Below are positions 14,713 to 23,891 of a stretch of 44,517 nucleotides of DNA, piece after piece. Location: IMG/VR virus record IMGVR_UViG_3300028802_000002, positions 1-44,517 of that record; one strand, given 5' to 3'. This DNA is from a virus. Each line of letters begins with the position of its first letter. Within the stretch, counting starts at the first letter, position 1. The notes under the pieces were generated by a model. It was not told the DNA's origin. It saw nothing but the letters and a program-made list of their open reading frames with translations, and did not search any database. The position numbers and the translations under genes were made by a program.

Positions 14713-16061
14713 TGCCGTCGCTTTGGGAGCGACTTTATGGGCTAGCTACAATGCCCGAGGAACAGGCCCAAGGGCAAGTTCGCGGATTGTTGTACAACAC
14801 TGCAGCCAACGTGGCTGGATTACCCCAGCGGGCATTCGAAGCGTCAGAGGAACGGCGGGCGGGCGGTGAATATGATCCCGCCCCAGCGGTGGAAACTGCT
14901 CTTAATGTAATGGGCACCGGGGCGATCGCCGGAGTTCCTGTAAAAGGCGCGGAATCAGTCCTTGGGGCGGGCATCATCCGGCCTAAGCCATTGATCGGCG
15001 GTTATCACGGAACTGGCAGTCCGACCGATTTTACAGAATTTCAATTACCTCCTAAGACTCACGATTTGGGTATTCATTCTACGATTGACCCAAACGTGGC
15101 TGCTCAGTATGCTCGCAACAAGCCTAGTTTCAACACTAGTTTGAGCCACCTTACCCCAGAAGATTTGCGTATACATGCCCATGCCAGAACTGTCCCAATT
15201 TTGGCTGATGTTCAGAATCCTCTCAAAGTCCCATTTGACGCTGGTAAATGGAATCAGGCTGAGAACGTAATCCAGCCGCTGGAAGATTTTGTAGCTAAAG
15301 GGGGACGTTACCAATTACCTAGGGGCCTTTTGGAAGATATGCGCAATATAGGTGGATCAGATCAAACGTGGCAGAACCAATTTGCCCCAATGCTTAAGGA
15401 TAGAGGTTACGATTCTGTATTTTACCCCCACGGCACTGATTACTCCAATAGGCCAATGGGTAAGTACAATACGTTTATGACTTTTGATCCAGCACAAACT
15501 GTACCAAGGTTTAGTCCACAAGGTCAAAAGCTGGCTGCGGAGCGTGGTGTTCACGAGCCTATGAAAAAAGATCCTGCGTATGATTGGGACGAAGGGGCAA
15601 CAAAATGGAATATTCCTAAGGGCCTTTTAAAGAAAATAGATGACCCTGAGCCATTTGGTCCTGTTAGAGAGGCAGTGGAAGCTAGAAAACAGAAGTGGCA
15701 AGAAAATTATGATAAAGAATTTGGTATCAATAAATCTATGCAAACATTTGCGGATTTAGAGAAAAAATTTAAAAACCAAGAAGTAACTGGCGAGCAGTTC
15801 TGGAAAGAATACGATAAAATATTTGAAACAAAGAATGTAAAACCGCTTGAACCTGTTTTAAAAAATAAGGATAAAGCGCACGACGATATGGCCAAAAAAC
15901 TTGCAGAAGACCTAAAAAATATGAAGATTAATGCGGGAGTTCCATATACTGGTGCGGAACATATACCGCCAAAAGAACCATTGTACGGCGCGGCAAAACA
16001 ACAAGCAGAAATAGATGCTATGGTGGCGAAGGCGAAGAAAAATAAGTGGGGCATAAAATAA
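14712..16061 (+). CDS. Virion-associated protein with a possible ART-PolyVal-like (ADP-ribosyltransferase-fold) domain and a Lys-rich tail
   Basis: 'IGGYHGTGSPTDFTEF', 'LGIHSTIDPNVAAQYA' and 'YNTFMTFDPAQTV' resemble the H / Y-x-T / (E)-x-x-FDPxQ layout. The expected Glu is not obvious. The 3' third is AT-rich. Confidence 0.45.
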   Translation: MPSLWERLYGLATMPEEQAQGQVRGLLYNTAANVAGLPQRAFEASEERRAGGEYDPAPAVETALNVMGTGAIAGVPVKGAESVLGAGIIRPKPLIGGYHGTGSPTDFTEFQLPPKTHDLGIHSTIDPNVAAQYARNKPSFNTSLSHLTPEDLRIHAHARTVPILADVQNPLKVPFDAGKWNQAENVIQPLEDFVAKGGRYQLPRGLLEDMRNIGGSDQTWQNQFAPMLKDRGYDSVFYPHGTDYSNRPMGKYNTFMTFDPAQTVPRFSPQGQKLAAERGVHEPMKKDPAYDWDEGATKWNIPKGLLKKIDDPEPFGPVREAVEARKQKWQENYDKEFGINKSMQTFADLEKKFKNQEVTGEQFWKEYDKIFETKNVKPLEPVLKNKDKAHDDMAKKLAEDLKNMKINAGVPYTGAEHIPPKEPLYGAAKQQAEIDAMVAKAKKNKWGIK

Positions 16062-16079
16062 TGAATACTATGCTGGGAC

Positions 16080-16108
16080 TTGACAGCGAACCGCAGGTGT
16101 GCTACCAT
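16080..16108 (+). promoter_or_regulatory. Promoter-like motif P12 whose -10 overlaps an ATG
   Basis: TTGACA-GCGAACCGCAGGTGTGC-TACCAT. The ATG at 16107 overlaps the last two bases of the -10. Confidence 0.45.
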
Positions 16109-16415
16109 GGCAGAGATTAAGCGAGTATATCGAGACGATGGTGCCATCAAGCGCACTATGATATGGGAAGACGACGCACCTGAGACAGTGCACGTCTATA
16201 CGGAACAGGACTTAACGCAAGCTCTCGAAAACAACAAAATAATGCGAGAGCTTCACCCTAGACGGTCAACTAACAAATTGTTAGCCCGAGGGGTACCCGT
16301 CTCAGTTTACGAAAAATCCGTGCTAGAAAATTGGGATGATGGTGATTGGGCCAAATGGCTCGATGATCCAGACAACCGGGCATTTCGTATATGGCAAGGA
16401 CGGGTGGGTAGATAA
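16107..16415 (+). CDS. Hypothetical protein (102 aa)
   Basis: ATG at 16107 has an AGGTG RBS. The alternative start is ATG 16158 if P12 is the functional promoter. Confidence 0.5.
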   Translation: MAEIKRVYRDDGAIKRTMIWEDDAPETVHVYTEQDLTQALENNKIMRELHPRRSTNKLLARGVPVSVYEKSVLENWDDGDWAKWLDDPDNRAFRIWQGRVGR

Positions 16416-17053
16416 TGGGCACATTTCTCACCGACAAGTGCACGGAAATCAGAGGTTGGTTGGCCATCGGCGAAGATGTTTATCCCGATGCGGTTGTTAC
16501 CGGGTGGATTCGGATGGCAGAAGAATATTTATCCACGGCCCTCCGCGTTAAGCACATGATTCAGATAGATACTTCGGTGCTCAGTTTGGGCAAAGCGTTG
16601 CTTCCTTTGGATTGGCAAGAAATTCGTTTAATTCGCTACCTCCCCGAGGGTGGTTTGTTGCGCTACCAGACTCCAGATCAATTTTTTAATCCGGAATTCG
16701 ATGATCCCCCGACCCTTCCTTATGATTCTCGTCATCGCCGTTATTGTATATTGGGTAATCATATTGTTGTTGGCGACATCTCAGTTGATGAGCCACTTCA
16801 GTTAGAATTAGCTTATTATCAAAATATCCCGCCACTTACGAATGACGCTAACAATTGGCCGAATGTGTACGCATTGACAGTGTACACCCTGAAGATTCTC
16901 CACATCGCGTCATTATATGCCATTGAAGATCAACGGAGTGCCGTGTGGGATCAAGAAGTAGTTAGGATGGTGAATGCTATGAATACACAGCACAAGATCG
17001 ATATGGCTAGCGGTTCTGTGTTGGTGCAGACAAGGCGGAAGACCTTTGGGTAG
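16415..17053 (+). CDS. Virion structural protein (possible head-tail adaptor)
   Basis: 212-aa ORF with a TAATG junction. The call is based on position only. Confidence 0.55.
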   Translation: MGTFLTDKCTEIRGWLAIGEDVYPDAVVTGWIRMAEEYLSTALRVKHMIQIDTSVLSLGKALLPLDWQEIRLIRYLPEGGLLRYQTPDQFFNPEFDDPPTLPYDSRHRRYCILGNHIVVGDISVDEPLQLELAYYQNIPPLTNDANNWPNVYALTVYTLKILHIASLYAIEDQRSAVWDQEVVRMVNAMNTQHKIDMASGSVLVQTRRKTFG

Positions 17054-17285
17054 GAAATACGGTCGAGGGAAGTATGGCCGAGGCACTTTTGACTTAAGTG
17101 AGAGCGTAGTATGGATACCGATTGATCCGCCGCCTGACAACTGGATTCCAGTTCCAGGGGTGATTCCGCCGGAGATTTGGACTCCAGTTTCGCTATTAAC
17201 AGATAATTGGGTACCAGAGACAGTTCTTTTGGATACTTGGGTTCCAGTGGCACCAATAATTGATAATTGGATACCGAGGGCATAA
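17046..17285 (+). CDS. Mini-protein with six W-x-P decapeptide repeats
   Basis: TTG start is the only in-frame start. N-terminal GRKYGRGKYGRG, then Trp at residues 23, 33, 45, 55, 65 and 75, each in a (D)xW(I/V/T)P context. Confidence 0.5.
   Translation: MGRKYGRGKYGRGTFDLSESVVWIPIDPPPDNWIPVPGVIPPEIWTPVSLLTDNWVPETVLLDTWVPVAPIIDNWIPRA
17106..17282 (+). repeat. Degenerate about 30-bp coding tandem repeat
   Basis: GACAACTGGATTCCAGTT / GAGATTTGGACTCCAGTT / GATAATTGGGTACCAGAG / GATACTTGGGTTCCAGTG / GATAATTGGATACCGAGG. Confidence 0.7.
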
Positions 17286-18133
17286 TGGCTGATGCATCCA
17301 CCCCCGTTCTAGGCTTAATTAAACCCGACGTCGGTGCTTCTGATGATACCTGGGGCGAGAAGTTAAACGGAAATTTTGATATTCTCGACAGCGCGTTTGG
17401 TTCTTCTCCGGATGGTGATGTTATCGGCCCTAATGTAGCAGGCGCTAATAATGTTGTTTTATTTAATGGTTCTAGCGGTAAAATAATAAAAGATAGCGGT
17501 TATACTGCTGCTGGTCTTAGTAATGTAATTGATCATAACGCGCTTGTTAATTATGTGGCGAGTGAACATTTTGGTGATGCACCAAATGATGGAAAGCAGT
17601 ATGTAAGGAAAAATAACGGGTGGCTTGAAGCCGCTATTGGTGGCGGCGGGATTATTAATAACTATCAGTACAATGCAACTACAAGTGCGCCTCCAGCGAG
17701 CGGTTCGCTTAGGTTTAACAGCACGACGATGACTAGCATCACTACGATATGGCTGAATTATACGAACTTCGATTCGATTGATTTGAAAAATTATTTTCTC
17801 CAAAAAGTTACGATTGGCGACACGTTTTATGTCCAGGATCGGGATGATTCCGCGAAGTGGCAATTGTTCCGTCTTGATGCGGCATATACAGATAATGGTA
17901 CTTACGCGACGATGCCGGTCACAAGGTTGAGTGGAGGAAATGCACTTACGGCTGCGCGCGTCATTGTAGTGCGAGAGAGCGCTAGTGTAAGTAACCCGGT
18001 CACTGAGGCTCCTGTAGATTCAACTACGTATGGGCGGGAAAATAACACGTGGGTTAGGATTCCAACGATTACTGTGGGTACGACGGCACCTTCTAGTCCA
18101 GCCGTCAATGACGTCTGGATTGACACAAACTAG
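17285..18133 (+). CDS. Tail fibre protein 1
   Basis: ATG at 17285 (TAATG junction). N-terminus 'MADASTPVLGLIKPDVGASDDTWGEKLNGNFDILD' is the common fibre-anchor motif and is paralogous to 25316..26266. Confidence 0.7.
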   Translation: MADASTPVLGLIKPDVGASDDTWGEKLNGNFDILDSAFGSSPDGDVIGPNVAGANNVVLFNGSSGKIIKDSGYTAAGLSNVIDHNALVNYVASEHFGDAPNDGKQYVRKNNGWLEAAIGGGGIINNYQYNATTSAPPASGSLRFNSTTMTSITTIWLNYTNFDSIDLKNYFLQKVTIGDTFYVQDRDDSAKWQLFRLDAAYTDNGTYATMPVTRLSGGNALTAARVIVVRESASVSNPVTEAPVDSTTYGRENNTWVRIPTITVGTTAPSSPAVNDVWIDTN

Positions 18134-18142
18134 GAGACGAAC

Positions 18143-18568
18143 ATGGTAGCCTTTAATAAATATTTTACGTTCATCGACGAGCTGTCGAAGGCCGGACACA
18201 ACCTACAAACCTGCACTTATAAGGCGGCGCTCACTAATACTGCTCCGACGCAGGCGAGTGATACGGTGTGGAATACGACAGTTGCGCCCGCGCCTGCGGC
18301 GGCGAACGGCTACACCGCAACCGGCAACACGGTGTCAAAGACCAGTTCGACGACTACGAGCGGTGTTTTTAAATTGATACTCGTAGATAGTGTATTCACG
18401 GCCACTGCGGGTGGCATAGGTCCATTTAGGTATGTAATTCTGTATAATTCGAGTGCGACCGATAAAGTGATCGGGTATTACGACTATGGGTCGAGTATCA
18501 CGTTGAATGACACCGAAACGTTCACGGTCGACTTCGACGCCGCCAACGGCGTGTTGACGCTGACGTAA
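18143..18568 (+). CDS. Hypothetical virion protein (141 aa)
   Basis: ORF with an AGGAGA RBS, between two fibre genes. Confidence 0.6.
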   Translation: MVAFNKYFTFIDELSKAGHNLQTCTYKAALTNTAPTQASDTVWNTTVAPAPAAANGYTATGNTVSKTSSTTTSGVFKLILVDSVFTATAGGIGPFRYVILYNSSATDKVIGYYDYGSSITLNDTETFTVDFDAANGVLTLT

Positions 18569-18578
18569 GGACAGTTGA

Positions 18579-21500
18579 ATGGCCCTCCCGGTAACAATCA
18601 CCGGAATCGCAACGGCGGTCGCGTCGGTTGGGCCGTTCAAGGCTAGTGTTGTTGGAGCGGAAACGCTTTATACGACCAACACGTCCGCCTCTGCAGGATT
18701 GACGTGGGGGGATACTGCTAGTGGTTGGGCCAGCAGGGGTCAGACCTTTACAACGACCACCGCGACATTGGTTTCGTCTGTCCGTCTTTCCATATGGAAA
18801 ACTGCATCCCCTACCGACAACCTGACTGTAAGTATTTACGCTACTGATGGCAGCGGGCTTCCGACTGGAAGTGCGCTGGGTACTTCAAATATTGTTGTCG
18901 GTTCTACACTTGGATCTACGGCGCTTACTGGCTTAAACAGCCCGACAACATTTACGTTCGCAACGCCGGTCGCGCTTTCTGCATCTACCAAATATGCACT
19001 GATGCCAGCGCGCAGTACCGGCTTAAACGCTACAAATTATTACAACATAACAGGCCAAGGTTCGTCCCCCTACGCCGGGGGCAACATGGTGAATTATAAC
19101 GGGACGACCTATACTGCGTCGTCAACTAACGACCTTGGCTTTGCTGTTTATGGGGTGACCCTCACCGACGCTTATTATTTCATCGGTCGCAGCAGCGCCA
19201 CCTCGACGACGTTGCAGGCGTACAAGTCTACCGATCCGGAAGATTCGTTAGTAATTGTTGACACCAAGGCTTCTACAAATGCTGGAAGGGCTATAGGTTT
19301 TAGTGCAGCAAACGAAAAGGCAGCGCAAACATTTACGACGATAGGAGCGGTAAGCCTAAAGTCCTTCACATTTTCCGGTGCCAAAACTGGTTCGCCAACA
19401 GATAACATTCTTGCGGATATTTATTTGGCTGATGCTAGTGATTTTCCAACCGGTTCAAGTCTTGGGCAGGGGTTGATAGCAGCATCTAGTGTACCTACTA
19501 CCAATTCAATTAATACAATAACTTGGACTACGCCTGTTGCATTGAGTGCTGCTACTAAATATTGCCTTGTGGTTTCACGAAGCGGAGCACTCAGTAATAC
19601 GAATGTTGTGTCTTGGTATGGTGGGACTGGTGATGTTTATGCTGGAGGAAAAGGAAGTGTATATGTAAGTGGAGCTTGGACAACAGACGCTACTACCCCT
19701 GATTACACTTTACGTTTATCCACGGGAACCGAAAGTGCGGCTTGGACTAGTATCGCGACCAAGACCGGGTTCACGACGGCGATCCAATTCATCAGTTCGT
19801 ATCAAGTCGGCAACGTCATCCACATGGTAATTACGGATGGCTCGACGACCAGCATCAACCATAAGTATCAGACGTTTGATTGCTCGACAGATACGTTCGT
19901 CACAGCCGAGACGATCAACTCGGCGCTGAACACAACGACCAGTACCGCCGCCAACTCGTATATGACTTCGATTGTGGTACGCTCGACCGCCGAAGTGGTC
20001 GTTCATTATAGTGCGGCGAGGATTTCGACGTTCTCGCAGACAGCGTATCGACGACGCACGGGGGTTGCGACGTGGGCCGCTGGCGTGGCGGTGTCCGCGA
20101 CGGGCGTCAATACTTTCTCGCCTATGGTGGTGTTGGGCGCGTCGGATCGACTGCATTTCCTTTGGTACAATTCCTCCAACACGCAGCAACGCCATCTGAC
20201 CAGTGCGAACGTATTGGGCACGGCGGCGTCCACGGGTGCGGGGTTATTACAGGATATAGCGACGTTCATTGATGCGGGACCTACCGTTCGATTTGTGGGC
20301 ATAGGTGCGTCCCATGCGGCTCGTTGGAGTAGTGCGGATAACCCGACGGTCACGACTGTCGGTGTTGCGACTGGTCAACCTGTTCGCATAGGTGACACTG
20401 GCGGCGTTTTTTATGCGCTGTATCGAGGAAGTGCGGATAGCGATCTTTACATTACTACATCGCCGGATAAAGGCGCGACATGGACTACAGGAATTAATGT
20501 TTTCACGGGTACTGTTGCACTAGCCGACGCTAACTTGTCGATGAATCAGTTGTGCTACACGCGCGGCACCAGCGTAGTCTTTCCGTACATCGTTAACGAT
20601 AATGGTACGCTGAGGTATAACGAATATTCGATCCCGCAACCGACGGCGGATGCGTGGAATGTCAACGACAAATCGGTGAATGTGGATTTGACGAATAGTG
20701 ACAGAACGGCGACGGCCAATAGTGGGACTGTTGGTGGCGTGCGTTCGTATCAGACGCGCACGAATGAGACGGCGGGAAAGTATTATTGGGAATATGTGCT
20801 CGTTGGTGGTACGCCTAATTTCGGTGCCCGTGCTCTTACGGAGAATCTTAGCGGCGCTTCGACTGACAGTTTTTCCGTTTCTTATAATGGAAATCTTAGT
20901 ATCGGTACGACTCCTGCTGGCTCGGGTTTGTTCACGGCGACTACAGGCGATGTCATTTGTTATGCGTGGGATACTGGTGCAGAGAAACTCTATGTCCGCT
21001 TAAATACCGGCAACTGGAATGATAACTCGACGGTTAATCCGAGTACTGGAGTTAACGGGGCGGATGCGTCGGCGATTGCGGCGGTGCCACTGGCGCTTGC
21101 AGTGAATTTCGATACGACTAGTGAAGCCGTTACGCTCCGAACGAGGGCTGCGGATCTAACGGTAGCTAATAAGCCATCCGGCTATACGTCGTGGATGGGC
21201 GAGTCGCTTGTCAGCGTCACGAACTACACGATGCCCGCTGCGACTGGTGCGATTGTGCTTGCGGGTCCGGCTAACAAGCTGGCGCGCTCCCGCGATTTCA
21301 ATGTCGATGTCGGCGCGATTGTGCTCGCAGGTATCGACGTTGTTCTGACTAAGGGCGTCGCGGTCACTCACTATACGATGCCAGCAGCGACCGGGACAGT
21401 TGTTCTTGGCGGCGTGACGACAGGACTAATTGCCACTCGTAAGTTGTCAATTACAGTTGGCGCGGTTGTATTAGGTGGCGTTGTTACTGGATTACGCGCA

Positions 21501-23891
21501 GCGCGATTTGTGCGGGCTACTGTTACGACATATGCGCTTGCTGGAAGTGTAGCGGGCGGTTTGAGGCGAATGGCGGCCCTGACGGGTACGATTACGCTAG
21601 GAGGTGTCGCAACAAAACTGGGGTACGGACGGAAATTCCCAATAACTGTTGGGAATATAGCGCTTGGAGGCGTTGTTACTGGATTACGCGCCGCGCGATT
21701 CGTTCGGGCTACTGTAACACCATACACGTTGACTGGCATTGACGTCACGTTGTCGCGCACGACGGCGCTTACGCACTATACGATGCCGACGACTGTCGGT
21801 GCGATTACGCTGAACGGTCAAACGGTTACGCTGAAGCGTACTTATATTGTCCCGCACACCGTAGGAACTATTACGCTCGGTGGTGTGGCAACGGCACTTC
21901 GAGCCATTCGCACCATGCCTGCTGTGAAGGGCTCGTTGTTGCTGACGGGCGTTGCGACGGGAACACTATACGGTCATAAGCTGACGGCGGTTGCAGGTGC
22001 CTTCACACTTACGGGTGTTCCGGTCACGCTGCGTTATGGCCATGTTGTCGGGGCGCTCACTGGCGCGTTTACGCTAAATGGTCAACCAGTATCGTTGGTA
22101 TACGGATCAGCTAAATCAATACTTGCGTCGACCGGAACAGTAACGTTGGCCGGTCCAGTTACGCGGCTCGTGTATGCTCGAAAATTCCCGATTGCTGCCG
22201 GAACAGTTACGCTTGGTGGCGTTGCTACGATACTGCGATACAATCATGTTCTGCCGGTGTCGGTTGGATCGTTAATTCTGAGTGGCATTGCTACAGCGTT
22301 GCGAACGGCACGTGTATTGCCTGTGACGAAGGGTGCGTTTACGTTCAATGGACAGAGTGTGGCGTTCCGCTATACAAGAGTTATGCCGGTCACGGCTGGG
22401 TCGTTCGTACTAAATGGGTTGGCCGCAAACCTTATATTCTCAAATAATCCGGCGAAAGTGTTGCCGGCAACTGTAGGAGCGATTACGCTAGGCGGCGTGG
22501 CTGTCACGTTCCGTCGCACGGATGTCCTAAAGGCAGTTACTGGAGCATATGCGCTAAACGGTGTTGCAGCAACGCTGCGGTACGATCATCGTGTCGTTGT
22601 CACGGCGGGTGCGTTTACGCTCAATGGGCAGACAGTAATACTAAAGCGTAATTACGCGGAAGTTAATACAGTTGGGACGTTCCTGCTAAATGGCTCGCCA
22701 ACGGGATTAGCTGTTGGACGAAAACTTGTCACGACTGTTGGAGCATTCTTACTTAATGGGGTGCCGGTAGGGTTCCGACGGACGAATGTCGGGGCGTCGG
22801 CGACTGGTGCGATTGTTCTGAACGGTGTGGCAGTCACACTTACCTATACCCAGACGGGGCCAATTGCAAATGCGTGGGATAAGACTAACAAATCGGCGAC
22901 GGTAACGCTATCGAATGGTGATCGGACGGCACGGGCGACAACGACAGCCGGTCAAGGCGCTAAGTCGACGCAGAAGCGTCTTTATGCGACTGCCGGGAAA
23001 TGGTACGCCGAGTTCGTGTGTGATGTTCGTGGTAGTAGCGATTGGGCTTGCGGTATGAGTCGAATAGCTCTGGATTTGACCGGAGGCGCGATTGTTGACG
23101 GCGCTGGTAACATAAAAATCAATAATGTTTTCCAGACGGCTATCGGATCGCTCGCCAACAACGATGTCATTTCGATAGCATATGACAGTGGCGGCAATCT
23201 GTTTTGGGCGCGCAAGAATAATGGAGTCTGGAATAATTCTGGAACGGCTAATCCGGCAACAGGAATAGGAGGATTTGATACTTCGTTCTTAGCAGGTTCT
23301 GGCGACGTGCCGCTGTCGTTTTATGGGTTGCTATCGAACACGCAGGCCACGGTTCGAACCCAGACGGCGATGTTTACGCAGACATTATCTTCGGTAAGCT
23401 CTTTTAAATCGTGGATGAACGAGTCGCTTGCAATTAGCTACACGCTGTCTGCGGCGACAGGTGCCGTTACGCTCGCTGGTTCGCCTACGGTATTGCGCGC
23501 CGCGCGGAAGATGACGGCGAGTGTGGGAACAGTAACGCTCGCTGGAACAGCGACCGGGTTGCGCTCCGCTCGCTTGGGCGCGTCGGCGAGCGGAGCGTTG
23601 GTGCTCAATGGGTTGCCAGCAACGCTGCGTTACGCGCATGTTATGGCAGCCGTCAAGGGCTCATTCCTATTGAATGGGCAAACGGCGTTGTTGCGCCGTG
23701 GCGCTGTCGTGGGTGCGGCGAAGGGTTCGCTCGTACTCAATGGTATTCCGGTGAATTTGGTATATCATGCTGTAAGTGGAGTAAATGTGTGGGGTGGGAC
23801 AGGTTGGGTGGACAAGCCAGCGAAAGTGTGGGCCGGAAGTGCATGGATGCAGAAGCCCGTTAAAACATGGAACGGGAGTGCTTGGGTGTAA
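18579..23891 (+). CDS. Giant multidomain tail or host-recognition protein (1770 aa)
   Basis: Two DUF4082-like modules ('GQTFTT...SPTDNLTVSIY...PVALSASTKYAL' and 'AQTFTT...SPTDNILADIY...PVALSAATKYCL'). One Asp-box 'SPDKGATW'. Two SPRY-like domains ('AGKYYWEY', 'AGKWYAEF'). About 25+5 22-aa repeats. C-terminal 'KPAKVWAGSAWMQKPVKTWNGSAWV'. Confidence 0.85.
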   Translation: MALPVTITGIATAVASVGPFKASVVGAETLYTTNTSASAGLTWGDTASGWASRGQTFTTTTATLVSSVRLSIWKTASPTDNLTVSIYATDGSGLPTGSALGTSNIVVGSTLGSTALTGLNSPTTFTFATPVALSASTKYALMPARSTGLNATNYYNITGQGSSPYAGGNMVNYNGTTYTASSTNDLGFAVYGVTLTDAYYFIGRSSATSTTLQAYKSTDPEDSLVIVDTKASTNAGRAIGFSAANEKAAQTFTTIGAVSLKSFTFSGAKTGSPTDNILADIYLADASDFPTGSSLGQGLIAASSVPTTNSINTITWTTPVALSAATKYCLVVSRSGALSNTNVVSWYGGTGDVYAGGKGSVYVSGAWTTDATTPDYTLRLSTGTESAAWTSIATKTGFTTAIQFISSYQVGNVIHMVITDGSTTSINHKYQTFDCSTDTFVTAETINSALNTTTSTAANSYMTSIVVRSTAEVVVHYSAARISTFSQTAYRRRTGVATWAAGVAVSATGVNTFSPMVVLGASDRLHFLWYNSSNTQQRHLTSANVLGTAASTGAGLLQDIATFIDAGPTVRFVGIGASHAARWSSADNPTVTTVGVATGQPVRIGDTGGVFYALYRGSADSDLYITTSPDKGATWTTGINVFTGTVALADANLSMNQLCYTRGTSVVFPYIVNDNGTLRYNEYSIPQPTADAWNVNDKSVNVDLTNSDRTATANSGTVGGVRSYQTRTNETAGKYYWEYVLVGGTPNFGARALTENLSGASTDSFSVSYNGNLSIGTTPAGSGLFTATTGDVICYAWDTGAEKLYVRLNTGNWNDNSTVNPSTGVNGADASAIAAVPLALAVNFDTTSEAVTLRTRAADLTVANKPSGYTSWMGESLVSVTNYTMPAATGAIVLAGPANKLARSRDFNVDVGAIVLAGIDVVLTKGVAVTHYTMPAATGTVVLGGVTTGLIATRKLSITVGAVVLGGVVTGLRAARFVRATVTTYALAGSVAGGLRRMAALTGTITLGGVATKLGYGRKFPITVGNIALGGVVTGLRAARFVRATVTPYTLTGIDVTLSRTTALTHYTMPTTVGAITLNGQTVTLKRTYIVPHTVGTITLGGVATALRAIRTMPAVKGSLLLTGVATGTLYGHKLTAVAGAFTLTGVPVTLRYGHVVGALTGAFTLNGQPVSLVYGSAKSILASTGTVTLAGPVTRLVYARKFPIAAGTVTLGGVATILRYNHVLPVSVGSLILSGIATALRTARVLPVTKGAFTFNGQSVAFRYTRVMPVTAGSFVLNGLAANLIFSNNPAKVLPATVGAITLGGVAVTFRRTDVLKAVTGAYALNGVAATLRYDHRVVVTAGAFTLNGQTVILKRNYAEVNTVGTFLLNGSPTGLAVGRKLVTTVGAFLLNGVPVGFRRTNVGASATGAIVLNGVAVTLTYTQTGPIANAWDKTNKSATVTLSNGDRTARATTTAGQGAKSTQKRLYATAGKWYAEFVCDVRGSSDWACGMSRIALDLTGGAIVDGAGNIKINNVFQTAIGSLANNDVISIAYDSGGNLFWARKNNGVWNNSGTANPATGIGGFDTSFLAGSGDVPLSFYGLLSNTQATVRTQTAMFTQTLSSVSSFKSWMNESLAISYTLSAATGAVTLAGSPTVLRAARKMTASVGTVTLAGTATGLRSARLGASASGALVLNGLPATLRYAHVMAAVKGSFLLNGQTALLRRGAVVGAAKGSLVLNGIPVNLVYHAVSGVNVWGGTGWVDKPAKVWAGSAWMQKPVKTWNGSAWV
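21219..22850 (+). repeat. About 25 tandem 66-bp (22-aa) coding repeats
   Basis: Unit resembles GAFTLNGQPVSLRYxxxxxxxx. The sub-repeats at 21477-21544 and 21669-21736 are nearly identical (GGVVTGLRAARFVRATVT). Confidence 0.85.
23439..23767 (+). repeat. Second block of about 5 copies of the same 22-aa repeat
   Basis: Follows the second SPRY-like domain and the duplicated junction 'SWM(G/N)ESL'. Confidence 0.8.

Noticed and set aside
16530-16541. TTATCCACG, a near match to the DnaA box TTATCCACA.
   Set aside because: It is a single 8/9 match inside a coding region, with no clustering and no adjacent AT-rich unwinding element.
21371-21760. 129-aa minus-strand ORF, and similar antisense ORFs, within the 22-aa repeat array.
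   Set aside because: These come from the repetitive codon structure of the giant tail gene. Their translations are repetitive in the same period.
23345-23365. GGTTCGAACCC, which resembles a tRNA T-arm and loop.
   Set aside because: It lies inside the giant ORF with no complementary acceptor stem or anticodon arm around it. I found no tRNA anywhere in the window.
21219-23767. Regularly spaced 66-bp repeats, considered as a possible CRISPR-like array.
   Set aside because: The repeats are contiguous with no spacers, are degenerate, remain in frame, and encode the 22-aa protein repeat. There are no cas genes.
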